From: Candidatus Delongbacteria bacterium
GTDB taxonomy: Bacteria; CAIWAD01
Reading direction: 5' to 3'
NCBI GenBank assembly: GCA_963663545.1
Contig: OY760505.1
Span: forward strand, 608,001-672,000
Length of the DNA stretch: 64,000 bases
Both the position numbers and the translations under genes were made by a program. This document shows, piece by piece, positions 30,345-39,615 of this stretch. The first letter of the stretch is position 1; every line of letters begins with the position of its first letter. Below the pieces are notes generated by a model. It did not search any database. It was given only the letters and a program-made list of their open reading frames with translations, and had not been told where the DNA came from.

Positions 30345-32531
30345 CTATATCATTAATAAGTCGTTTCGTGAGTCATCACCAGTCAACAGACCACGCTGGT
30401 AGCAGTAGAGATTCTCAGCCTTCTGCACTAGTATCCCGTTGTACTCTTCAAGAAGACCTGCGCCAAGCATCTTCTCTGCAACCCACTTGTTCAACCCCAC
30501 AGTGTAGCGCTGCAATCGTCGATACAGTTGGCGTGACACATATCCGTCCTCAAGTTGTCTCTGCAGCCTGGATCCTTCTCCGTAGCTCACAACGACGGAT
30601 CGCTGTTGGTCATCGATCAGCCGATATCTGCGATCCACTTCTTGAAACAGATTCCCCTTGCATGCCTGTATCACACCACAATCACGTCTCTCCGGACCCA
30701 ACTTCCAGTACAAGTCTCTGAAGTAGGAGTCGTAGGCAGCTGCTGACAATGGTTCCTTCGTGTCACGTAGAACACTACGCCCACTCTGGGCGGCCATGGT
30801 CAAGATCCCGGGTGGTGGGCTAGTAGGCGGAACAAACACTTCAACATGCCCACATGCCTGTCGGCCTTCGCGGTTGCATCGGCCAGCGGCCTGAGCAATG
30901 GAATCCAATCCGGCCAGCGCACGAAAGACGGCTGGGAAATCTATATCCACTCCGGCTTCGATCAATTGTGTGCTGACCACCCGTGTTACAACACCTGCTG
31001 CCAATCGGCGTCGTATCTCCTGTAGCAGCTCGCTGCGGTGCTGCGGACACATTTGCGCAGATAGATGAAAGCTCCCTGTTGGCATCAGCTTCCATAGTTC
31101 GCGACAGTCTTTTCGACTGTTGACGACACAAAGCACTTGGGGAAACTCTTCCAAGCGTCTGGCAAGCTCTTCCCAGGATATTGCCTCGTGCAGATTCTCT
31201 GGCAGATGAAGGTCCACGCGTTTGAGACGGGCTTCCAAATTGAGTCGCGGTGATACAATCTCCCGCGCTTCTGGAAGACTGGCCTTACCCAAGTCAAAAA
31301 GTGCAGGCTGTGTGGCCGTGCAGAGAACCACGCTCGCTGAGTAATTACATACGAGCTCCTTCAACGCGAGCAGGGTCGGGTCCAGCAGGCCCGGATTCAG
31401 GTTCTGCGCCTCATCCAGGATGACAACGCTTCCAGCTACATTGTGCAGCTTGCGTGCCTGGCTTGTTCTACACGTGAACAGGCTCTCAAAAAACTGAACC
31501 GATGTCGTCACGATCAGCGGCGCATCCCAGTTCTCTACCGCCAAATCCCAAGCCGTGCATTCCTCATCGAGAACCTTCCCTCTGTCCTCGACAAAGTTGC
31601 TATGGTGCTCAATCACTGTATCACGAAGGTCTTGGAAAACACCACGAAACACGTCTGCGGTCTGCTCAATGATGCTTGTGTAGGGGATCACATAGATTAC
31701 TCGGCGCAGACCGTGTCTGCACGCGTGATCCAGAGCAAAAGAGAGAGAGGACAGCGTCTTGCCTCCCCCCGTGGGCACGGTAAGTGTAAACAGTCCAGGA
31801 TTCTCCACTGCTGAATTCAGGCAAGCGGTAAGTACTTCGCGTCTTGTACGATTCACATCTGTGTCACATGTCGAGTTGCGCCCCAGCCTCTCCATATATT
31901 GATGGAGTGTATCACGGAGCTGCTCAAGAGTTGGATACTGCCCGCGCCTATCCTCCTGCTCAGGTTTTGTGAAGCGAGCTGTGTCAAGTCGATCCGCATC
32001 CACAAGGCAGGAGAAAAGCATGCGTATCCAAAGGCTCAGACTTAGATCGCTGATCCGGCTGATTCCAGGAGTCAGATTCAGCTTAGAATCCAGCGAAGGC
32101 ATCGTACCTAGCTCAGCAAGTACGGCTTCATACTCGCTTGTGTCACGCAGCCGACTTTGAAGGGATTTTGCACTTTGTTCCGCTGCGTGTTCATCAACAA
32201 GCCCCGCGTGATGTGCGGTGATACAATGTGCAATTGTCCGGGCGGCAACAGGCATCCCCTTCAGGTGCCTGATCGCATGAATTCCACCTACGACTGAGTG
32301 CCTCACTTGCCCCCGCCGGACTGAATCCGGAGCATGAACCGATGCTTGCAGATACTGCTGAAAAGCTGGCTGGAACTTGCCTAGATCGTGCCACTGCCCG
32401 ATTACTTCAGCTATTCCGGCACTGCGAAACACTGAGGCGAACTTCGATGCCTGTCCTGCCACTCCATCAAGGTGATCCCGCAGCAGGTGTTCTTCTCCTG
32501 ATTCCAGTAGATGAGCCAGGTGGTGTGTCAT
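30345..32531 (-). CDS. cas3: Cas3 HD nuclease-helicase
   Basis: HLLRDHL, HDLGK, HHAGL, LVDAD, PTGGGKT, DEAQ, QAAGRCNR. Confidence 0.95.
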   Translation of the reverse strand: MTHHLAHLLESGEEHLLRDHLDGVAGQASKFASVFRSAGIAEVIGQWHDLGKFQPAFQQYLQASVHAPDSVRRGQVRHSVVGGIHAIRHLKGMPVAARTIAHCITAHHAGLVDEHAAEQSAKSLQSRLRDTSEYEAVLAELGTMPSLDSKLNLTPGISRISDLSLSLWIRMLFSCLVDADRLDTARFTKPEQEDRRGQYPTLEQLRDTLHQYMERLGRNSTCDTDVNRTRREVLTACLNSAVENPGLFTLTVPTGGGKTLSSLSFALDHACRHGLRRVIYVIPYTSIIEQTADVFRGVFQDLRDTVIEHHSNFVEDRGKVLDEECTAWDLAVENWDAPLIVTTSVQFFESLFTCRTSQARKLHNVAGSVVILDEAQNLNPGLLDPTLLALKELVCNYSASVVLCTATQPALFDLGKASLPEAREIVSPRLNLEARLKRVDLHLPENLHEAISWEELARRLEEFPQVLCVVNSRKDCRELWKLMPTGSFHLSAQMCPQHRSELLQEIRRRLAAGVVTRVVSTQLIEAGVDIDFPAVFRALAGLDSIAQAAGRCNREGRQACGHVEVFVPPTSPPPGILTMAAQSGRSVLRDTKEPLSAAAYDSYFRDLYWKLGPERRDCGVIQACKGNLFQEVDRRYRLIDDQQRSVVVSYGEGSRLQRQLEDGYVSRQLYRRLQRYTVGLNKWVAEKMLGAGLLEEYNGILVQKAENLYCYQRGLLTGDDSRNDLLMI

Positions 32532-32804
32532 CGCTCTTCCTCCCATCAACACCCAACAAGCTACGCCGGGGGTGAGACATCATCGTGCATCGTTTCGCGC
32601 GTCTTGTTCCATCTTGCTGCCAGCTGAGAGCTGAATACATGTTCGCAACAATCATAGAACGGCGCTACGGAATTCAATGTGCTCATGAAATCAAATCTTG
32701 AATCTGATCCAGCATACGCGCCCGATTTTGCACAAGCCTAGCGCCTTGCCTACGAAATCTGCGTAACATAATTCACTATCACAAATCATAATCCATGTCT
32801 TAAG

Positions 32805-32820
32805 AGGCACACCTCTTGCA
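32805..32820 (+). promoter_or_regulatory. Putative sigma-54 promoter
   Basis: AGGCACACCTCTTGCA = GG-N10-GC, about 90 bp upstream of the ATG at 32910. Confidence 0.55.
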
Positions 32821-32909
32821 ATTGCGTTATTCAACGGTGGACTCAATAGCAATCACATACAAGCGAAAGGCTTCGGCCTTTGGCTGTGTCATTTCGGGGG
32901 AGACGAACC

Positions 32910-34484
32910 ATGCGCAAAGTTCTCTGTTCTGCGGCTCTCAGCCTGCTAGCGGTGCTGCCAAGTTTGGCGGGTGCCATCTATACTATTAACAATGGAGGCA
33001 CGGTCGATCAGCAGGTGGCCCCCTACTTCCTCGATCCCGGCGAGGACGTGCAGGACTTCTATTCCTACGGTCACCCGGTCGGGTCATCGGCCAACACCGG
33101 CTTCGAGCAATCCAATACGGGCATCATTTTTCTGACGCTGGACGACAACGACAATTACGGTCTCGTGGTAATTCTAGACTCAGCCAACGACGGCAGCGGT
33201 GGAAATGTCGGCCTGGATATCACGGGCATGGCGCCCGGTACCATCATGGTACAGGGCGATGAGCCGAACGAATGCGGCGCCGTGCAAGCCAACGGCAACG
33301 CCCATTGTCAGTGGAACTGGGCCTCTTGCTGCACCGACGGCGTAGCCTACGAAATGGGCACTGATCTGGATTTCACGCTGACCCTGGATTTCACCATCAA
33401 CTCGGGCATCAGCTTGCTGCAGTTCATCACCTTCGATCCCTGCAATCAGGGCGAACTGCTCTTCATCAACCTGGATGCGGCCGAGACCTTCACCATCACC
33501 TCCACTCCCATCGAGGGCGACATGGTGGATTGCAATGGCAACAACCAGCCCGATTACTGCGATCTGCTCAACCAAGTGAGCATGGACTACAACAACAACC
33601 TCATTCCCGACGAGTGCGATATCGCCGAAGGCCTGGAAGAAGACTGCAACGGCAACATGGTCATTGACTGGGTGGACATCGAATTCGGCAACAGCATGGA
33701 TATCGATGGAGATCTGATTCCCGACGAGTGCGAGACCGACTGCAACGGCAACAGTGTGCCGGACGATTTTGAAATCGCAGAGGGAATGTCCACGGATTTC
33801 AACGACAACGGTGTCCCCGACGAGTGCGAGCCGGATTGTAATCAGAACGGCTTCCCCGACGAGTGGGAGATTGCCACGGGTATGGCCGAGGATTTCAACG
33901 GCAACCTGATTCCCGACGTCTGCGACATCATGGACGGCATCGAGCCGGATTGCAACGGCAACTGGATCCTTGACGCTCAGGACATCGCCATGGGCTACAG
34001 CATGGACGTCAACGACAACATGATTCCCGACGAGTGCGAGCCCGACTGCAACCAGAACGGCCTGCCCGACGAGTATGAAGTGCAGATGGGCCTCTGTGCC
34101 GACTGCAACCAGAACGGCTATCCCGACGACTGCGACATTGCCGAGGGCAACAGTCTGGACGAGAATGGCAACGGCATTCCCGACGAGTGCGAAGAGGTCG
34201 CAAGTGCCAGTGAACTTCCCGCAGAGTTCGCCCTGGCGCAGAACCATCCGAACCCCTTCAATCCGACCACGACCATTCGCTTTGCGCTGGCAGAGACAGC
34301 CCAGGTACGCCTGAGCGTCTATGATATGACGGGTCGCGAAGTGGCCGTGCTGGTGAATGGCCTGGCCGAACGCGGCGAAAACAACGTGGCCTTTGACGGC
34401 AGCGCGCTGGCCAGCGGCGTCTACTTCTACACGCTGCAGGCGCCGGAAGGCGTGATCACAAAGAAGATGGTGCTGATCAAATAA
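32910..34484 (+). CDS. Secreted protein with 13 DxNxNxxPDxC(D/E)-like acidic repeats and a T9SS type A C-terminal domain
   Basis: Signal peptide; repeats such as DCNGNSVPDDFE and DENGNGIPDECE; CTD FALAQNHPNPFNPTTTIRF...SGVYFYTL...KKMVLIK. Confidence 0.85.
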   Translation: MRKVLCSAALSLLAVLPSLAGAIYTINNGGTVDQQVAPYFLDPGEDVQDFYSYGHPVGSSANTGFEQSNTGIIFLTLDDNDNYGLVVILDSANDGSGGNVGLDITGMAPGTIMVQGDEPNECGAVQANGNAHCQWNWASCCTDGVAYEMGTDLDFTLTLDFTINSGISLLQFITFDPCNQGELLFINLDAAETFTITSTPIEGDMVDCNGNNQPDYCDLLNQVSMDYNNNLIPDECDIAEGLEEDCNGNMVIDWVDIEFGNSMDIDGDLIPDECETDCNGNSVPDDFEIAEGMSTDFNDNGVPDECEPDCNQNGFPDEWEIATGMAEDFNGNLIPDVCDIMDGIEPDCNGNWILDAQDIAMGYSMDVNDNMIPDECEPDCNQNGLPDEYEVQMGLCADCNQNGYPDDCDIAEGNSLDENGNGIPDECEEVASASELPAEFALAQNHPNPFNPTTTIRFALAETAQVRLSVYDMTGREVAVLVNGLAERGENNVAFDGSALASGVYFYTLQAPEGVITKKMVLIK

Positions 34485-34509
34485 AGCACCTGGTATTCCG
34501 CTGATACTG

Positions 34510-34538
34510 GCCCCGGGCTTCGGTCCGGGGCTTTTTTT
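34510..34538 (+). terminator. Intrinsic terminator
   Basis: GCCCCGGGC-TTCG-GTCCGGGGC-T7. Confidence 0.88.
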
Positions 34539-34573
34539 GCTGGAGACCGCAGAAAGCGTGCGCATTTCCGGCA

Positions 34574-34620
34574 AACTGAAAGCGTCATTGGGGCTAACTG
34601 AAAGCGTTATCGCTTACTAT
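34574..34620 (+). promoter_or_regulatory. Promoter with tandem AACTGAAA direct repeats (22-bp period) and a TACTAT -10
   Basis: AACTGAAAGCGT at 34574 and 34596; the same architecture recurs at 37191-37237. Confidence 0.6.
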
Positions 34621-34652
34621 TGTGCACAAAGAATGCAAAGACGGAGTTTTCC

Positions 34653-36959
34653 ATGAATGTGCGCAATCTGCTGATTTCCCTGGTTCTGCTAGTCCTGCTG
34701 GCCACCAGTGCCCTGGCGGACGCCTGGTTTCGCGGTGGCTACAATGGCTACGAGACCTTCTCTTCCTATTACACCGACAGCCGCTACCAGACCGTCATTC
34801 TGAAGGATGAGCTGGATGGCGCCTTTGGCGAGTGGGATGGCATCAGCCTGAAGATCTGGCAAGGCACGGGATACGATTTCACCAATGTCACCATTCGCGG
34901 TCGCCGCGCATTGAGCGCAGACACGACGGCACTTTCCGCGGGATCCTACCTGAACGACGATCTGGTCACCCTGTTTACAGGCGATATCGAGATGCCGGAA
35001 GTAGATGAGAATACTTGGGAGGTGAGCATTCCCTTCAACCAGGGAACCGTGACGCTGAGTGAGACCTATGGCATCGGCTACCTGCTTGATATTGTCACGG
35101 ACAACAGTGCGATGGGTCCGGGCCGGACCTACCTGTGCGCCACCACGAGTGGCAACGTACCCGCAGTGCGCTCCATAGCCAACAATACCTCAGGCACTTA
35201 CAACCTGCTCAACACGACAACGGGGTCCGCCTACAGCTGCAGACCTTTGCTCAAGCTCCACGGTGTGTACTACGAGGCGAGCGGCAATCTCTTTCCCGGT
35301 ATGCTTCCCGATAACATGAGCGCCGATGTGCTGGTCCCTGCAGGGGAAAGCCTACGGATCTTCCCGGGCACCAGTTTGAACTTCGACTCTGATGTCGGCC
35401 TGGTTGTCCGCGGAGATCTGCAGGCCGTCGGACTTGCTGGCGAGGAAATCATTTTCAGCGGTTACTACTGGAACGGCGTTCATTTCTTCGCGGAGGAAAC
35501 CGAAGCTGCGTCCCTGGTGGAACACGCTGTCATCAACAATGTGGACACAGAAAGCCGCAACGGCTACGGCGGTGTCTACTGCCGTTTTCACGAGGCCGGA
35601 CTGACACTGCGCAATCTGGAGATTCACGACTGCGTTTCGTCCAGGGGTGGAGGCATCTACTCGATCAGCACAGATTTTCTGATGGAAAACCTCTACATCC
35701 ACGATTGTGAATCCTCAACCGCAGGCGGCATGCACTTGTGGGGCGGACATCCGGTTTGCCGCAACTCGTTGATTGAAAACTGCTACGGCTATGCGGGTGG
35801 CATCAAACTGGAAGCCACGACAAGCACGCTTGAGGGTCTGAACCTTCGCTACAACGAGGGCGTCACACCAAACCTGCAGATCATGAGCGGCCACGGCGAC
35901 TACATTCACAACTGCACCTTCGTGGACAATTTCGCCTACAACTACGCTGCGTATGTCTACTGCTACGAACCCACCTACTTCAAGAACTGCCTTTTCGTCA
36001 CACCCAACGATGAAGCCATTTACACTCGCTTTGGCAGCACAATTGTTGATCACTGCGCCACACCCGATGGCTTGTCAAACTTCACTTCCTACTCAAATGG
36101 CAGGGTGGTGGACCTGGGGGGCAACGTATTCTTTAACCTCCTCTTTGATACGGTCAACATGTGTGCGTACTCGCGCAGTGCCTCCATTGTGGACGCCGGC
36201 AGCGCGGGCGAATTCGACCCTGACCTGACGCGCAAGGATATTGGCTGTGGCTACTTCGACCAGAGCGCGCCCCTTGTATCACAGCTTGTCGATGTGCCCG
36301 CCGATCAGGGTCACCAGCTGCAACTGGAATGGCAGGCCAGCTCGATGGATCTGGCGGAGCTGCACCCCACCTGGTTCTACAGCGTCTGGCGACTGGACAG
36401 CCTTTTTGATGTGTCACGCTCCGCTGAGTCGATCTGGCTGGAGGATGTGTCACAGCTCGATCCGGCGCAGATCGGTGACACACCCATTCGTGTGACAACA
36501 CCCGCGGGCCATGTCTGGACCTTTGTCTCACAGGTTCCTGCTACACAAGCTGCGGAATACGGTCTGATTGTGCCCACCCTTTACGACCAGCTGAATGGCG
36601 AGGCCTGGGAGAGCACACTACTGGTCTACTGGCATCACGACACGTCGCTGGCAGAATCGGCAACGGCGAGCGCGGTTTCCGTGGACAACATCGCCCCCGA
36701 TGCGCCGCTGGCGCTGACGGCCACTCCCGCCGGTGAGACATTGAACTTGAGCTGGAATGAGGTAACAACGGGAACCCTCGACGGTGTGACGCTGCCCGAG
36801 CGCAACGGCATCGTGTATCACATCTATGCCAGTGATGTGGCCTGGTTCGAGCTCGAGGATGCGGAGTACGTCGGCACCGTCAGCGAACCGCGTATCACGC
36901 TGCCGGTGGAAGAGAACTCCCGCCGCTTCTTCAAGGTCATTGCAAGTGACAGCCAGTAG
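34653..36959 (+). CDS. Secreted parallel beta-helix protein, paralogue 1 of 4
   Basis: Signal peptide, DSRYQ, GGGI-type beta-helix repeats, conserved C-terminus DVPADQGHQLQL...RRFFKVIASDSQ. Confidence 0.8.
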   Translation: MNVRNLLISLVLLVLLATSALADAWFRGGYNGYETFSSYYTDSRYQTVILKDELDGAFGEWDGISLKIWQGTGYDFTNVTIRGRRALSADTTALSAGSYLNDDLVTLFTGDIEMPEVDENTWEVSIPFNQGTVTLSETYGIGYLLDIVTDNSAMGPGRTYLCATTSGNVPAVRSIANNTSGTYNLLNTTTGSAYSCRPLLKLHGVYYEASGNLFPGMLPDNMSADVLVPAGESLRIFPGTSLNFDSDVGLVVRGDLQAVGLAGEEIIFSGYYWNGVHFFAEETEAASLVEHAVINNVDTESRNGYGGVYCRFHEAGLTLRNLEIHDCVSSRGGGIYSISTDFLMENLYIHDCESSTAGGMHLWGGHPVCRNSLIENCYGYAGGIKLEATTSTLEGLNLRYNEGVTPNLQIMSGHGDYIHNCTFVDNFAYNYAAYVYCYEPTYFKNCLFVTPNDEAIYTRFGSTIVDHCATPDGLSNFTSYSNGRVVDLGGNVFFNLLFDTVNMCAYSRSASIVDAGSAGEFDPDLTRKDIGCGYFDQSAPLVSQLVDVPADQGHQLQLEWQASSMDLAELHPTWFYSVWRLDSLFDVSRSAESIWLEDVSQLDPAQIGDTPIRVTTPAGHVWTFVSQVPATQAAEYGLIVPTLYDQLNGEAWESTLLVYWHHDTSLAESATASAVSVDNIAPDAPLALTATPAGETLNLSWNEVTTGTLDGVTLPERNGIVYHIYASDVAWFELEDAEYVGTVSEPRITLPVEENSRRFFKVIASDSQ

Positions 36960-36973
36960 CTCTTCCATCGAAA

Positions 36974-37030
36974 TCGACGCACAACCTCAACCAACCACCC
37001 CAAGCCCCGGATCAAGGTTCGGGGCTTTCT
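36974..37030 (+). terminator. Repeated downstream element with terminator (copy 1)
   Basis: ATCGACGCACAACCT.AACCAACCACCCCAAGCCCCGGA...CGGGGCTT, shared with the elements at 41961 and 44624. Confidence 0.65.
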
Positions 37031-37190
37031 GCTCCAGTCTCCTTCTCCCACTTCCACCCTCTCATTCTTCTCGTGATCGCTGCATCTACTCCGATTTCAA
37101 CCACAAGGCCTGAAATGTCAGCGAGTGGGTATTCCTTTTAATACGCACCAGCAACAAAACTATCGCGAAAAATATTTCGCGATTCCCGCC

Positions 37191-37237
37191 AACTGAAATC
37201 GCTTTTCGCTCCAACTGAAAGCACCGCGAGATATACT
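37191..37237 (+). promoter_or_regulatory. Promoter with tandem AACTGAAA repeats (22-bp period) and a TATACT -10
   Basis: AACTGAAA at 37191 and 37213, TATACT at 37232; spacing identical to the 34574 copy. Confidence 0.6.
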
Positions 37238-37263
37238 TGCGCATCAACTCAAGGAGTGAACCC

Positions 37264-39615
37264 ATGCGATACACCTCTTTCCTTCTTTGCGTGCTGCTAC
37301 TGCTGACCTGCAGCAGCCAGGCCAAAACCATCTTCACCAGCGACAACATCATAGCGGGCGTGGTGGCCTCCACCGCCTACAGCGATTCGCGCTACCAGGC
37401 GGTGTACAGCCGCGACGAACTGGGCTACGCCAGTGGCGAGATCACCCACGTCTCCGTGAAGATCTGGACTAACACCGGCTTCGATCTGAATCACCTGACG
37501 GTCCGCTGCTCGTCCATCAGCGGAAGCTTGGTAGCCGCGATGGAGGCAGGACAGTTCTATAACTTGGGCACCCTCCAGACCTTGTTCGAGGGTGACGTCA
37601 ACATCAATGGCATCCGCCTGGACAATGAATGGCTGGTCATCACCGTGCCCGACTCGCTATCTGCCTATCTACACATCGACAACCATTTCGTGCTCGACTT
37701 CTGCGTCAACGGCAGCGAGGCGGGTCCGGGCAACACCTACTTCCGCTGCACGACCGACGGCGACATGCCCGCGCTGTACGCTCAGGCGGGTTCCACCGAC
37801 CCCGCGTTCAATCTGCTGGACGCCACCACCGGCACGCTGGTCAACTACCGTCCCATCGTGCGACTGGATGGCCCGAGTTTCAACGTCTCGGGTGTCCTGT
37901 ATCCTGGGCAGCTGCCCCCCTCAATGCCAGCGGATATGCTGGTGCTGGAAAACCAGTCCCTCAACGTATTCCCGGGGACGGTCTTTGACTTCGGCCCGGA
38001 AGTGGGCCTGGTTGTTAAGGGCTCGCTACACGCCGTTGGCAACGAAGAAGCACTCATTGTCTTCACAGGCACCGATTGGGCCGGCGTGCAGGTATGGCCT
38101 GATCTGGAAGAAGCAGAGTCGCACATCGAACACGCGCTGATCGAACGCGTCTGGACCGCTGGCGGCGATGCGCGGGCGGGGCTTTCGGTGTTTTCCACCA
38201 TCAGTAATGTGACGGTGCGCAACGTGGAGATCAGCCAGTGCAGGGGGAAAATGGCGGGTGGCCTCGAAGGACTGGCCTGCTTTGAGCAGACGGTCTTTGA
38301 GGACATCTACATCCACGATTGCACGAGCAAGAACCAGGGCGGCGGGATCATGCTCTACAACTGTGACAGCCGCAACAGCAGAATCAGGATCATGAACTGC
38401 ACCTCATCGACGGGTTCCGGCAACGGCGCGTACATGACCGGCTGCGGAACGGGTCTGGATCGCAGTATCCTGAGCAACAATGGCGGTATCCAACTGTTCA
38501 TCGTCGGCTATCCGGACCTGCAGTTCACCAACTGCACCTTCCACGGTGCCAGCGGGCATGCCTGGCCGATCTTCATTCAGGATTACTACATCGCGATCCC
38601 AAACACCATTCTCTTCGAGAACTGCCTGTTTCTGGCCACCAGCGACACCACAGGTCTCGTCAACTCCCGGACGCATCTGCCAGTCTTCTCCCACTGCGCC
38701 TCGCGTGGCGGTACCGCCGATTTCACCGGTAGCGAAGTAGCGCCCATCCTGCTGGAGGGAAACATCGTCTTCCGCGGGCTCTACGACATGGTTAAATGGC
38801 GGCCCTCCACCTACGACAGTCCGCTGGTGGACGCAGGGCGACCGGGCACCTACGATCCGGACCTGAGTCGCAGCGATATCGGCGCGGGTTACTGGGACAA
38901 GCGCTCGCCCTGGATCTACGACCTGGTGGATGTCCCCGCCGACCAGGGGCACCAGCTGCAGCTGACCTGGCGCGCCAGCTCGATGGATCTGGCACAGTCC
39001 CACGCCGCCTGGTTCTACAGCGTCTGGCGCCTGGACAGCCTCTTCGAGGAAACGCGCAGCCAGGAATGCGTGTGGCTGAGCGATGTATCACAACTCGATC
39101 CGCAAAGGCTGGGTGATACACCCGTTCGGGTGATAACGCCCGAGGGGCGCGTCTGGACTTTTGTAGAGCAGGTTCCGGCCACCCAGTGGGAGGAATACGG
39201 CCTGGTGGTCCCAACCCTGCACGACATGCTGGGCGGTGTCCCCTGGGAAAGCGAAGTCCTGGTGTACTGGCACTACGACGGTGCCCTGGCAGCTTCTAAC
39301 CAGACAGGCGCGATCTCCGAAGACAACATCGCCCCGGATGCGCCCCTGGCGCTGGCGGCCTCCGTCAGCGGTGATACAATGCAGATGAGCTGGAACGAAG
39401 TGAGCACCGGTACACTGGATGGTGTCACGCTTCCCGAACGCAACGGCATCGTGTATCACATCTACGCCAGCGAGGAAGCCTGGTTCGCGCTCGAGGACGC
39501 GGAGTATTTGGGCAGCAGTGATACACCCTCCTTCTCCATTCCGGTGAGCGAAAACAGCCGCCGCTTCTTCAAGGTGGTAGCAGACGATGGAACAAGCGCA
39601 AGGAGCGCAAGATGA
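37264..39615 (+). CDS. Secreted parallel beta-helix protein, paralogue 2 of 4
   Basis: Same architecture as paralogue 1; GGAG RBS before MRYTSF. Confidence 0.8.
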   Translation: MRYTSFLLCVLLLLTCSSQAKTIFTSDNIIAGVVASTAYSDSRYQAVYSRDELGYASGEITHVSVKIWTNTGFDLNHLTVRCSSISGSLVAAMEAGQFYNLGTLQTLFEGDVNINGIRLDNEWLVITVPDSLSAYLHIDNHFVLDFCVNGSEAGPGNTYFRCTTDGDMPALYAQAGSTDPAFNLLDATTGTLVNYRPIVRLDGPSFNVSGVLYPGQLPPSMPADMLVLENQSLNVFPGTVFDFGPEVGLVVKGSLHAVGNEEALIVFTGTDWAGVQVWPDLEEAESHIEHALIERVWTAGGDARAGLSVFSTISNVTVRNVEISQCRGKMAGGLEGLACFEQTVFEDIYIHDCTSKNQGGGIMLYNCDSRNSRIRIMNCTSSTGSGNGAYMTGCGTGLDRSILSNNGGIQLFIVGYPDLQFTNCTFHGASGHAWPIFIQDYYIAIPNTILFENCLFLATSDTTGLVNSRTHLPVFSHCASRGGTADFTGSEVAPILLEGNIVFRGLYDMVKWRPSTYDSPLVDAGRPGTYDPDLSRSDIGAGYWDKRSPWIYDLVDVPADQGHQLQLTWRASSMDLAQSHAAWFYSVWRLDSLFEETRSQECVWLSDVSQLDPQRLGDTPVRVITPEGRVWTFVEQVPATQWEEYGLVVPTLHDMLGGVPWESEVLVYWHYDGALAASNQTGAISEDNIAPDAPLALAASVSGDTMQMSWNEVSTGTLDGVTLPERNGIVYHIYASEEAWFALEDAEYLGSSDTPSFSIPVSENSRRFFKVVADDGTSARSAR

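Noticed and set aside
32615..32627. GCTGCCAG match between insert X and the cas3 upstream region (possible crRNA-like autoregulation)
   Set aside because: Only 8 contiguous bases, expected by chance; no convincing PAM/seed arrangement
32860..32900. UUCG hairpin in the 5' UTR as a riboswitch
   Set aside because: A single short hairpin with no recognisable aptamer consensus
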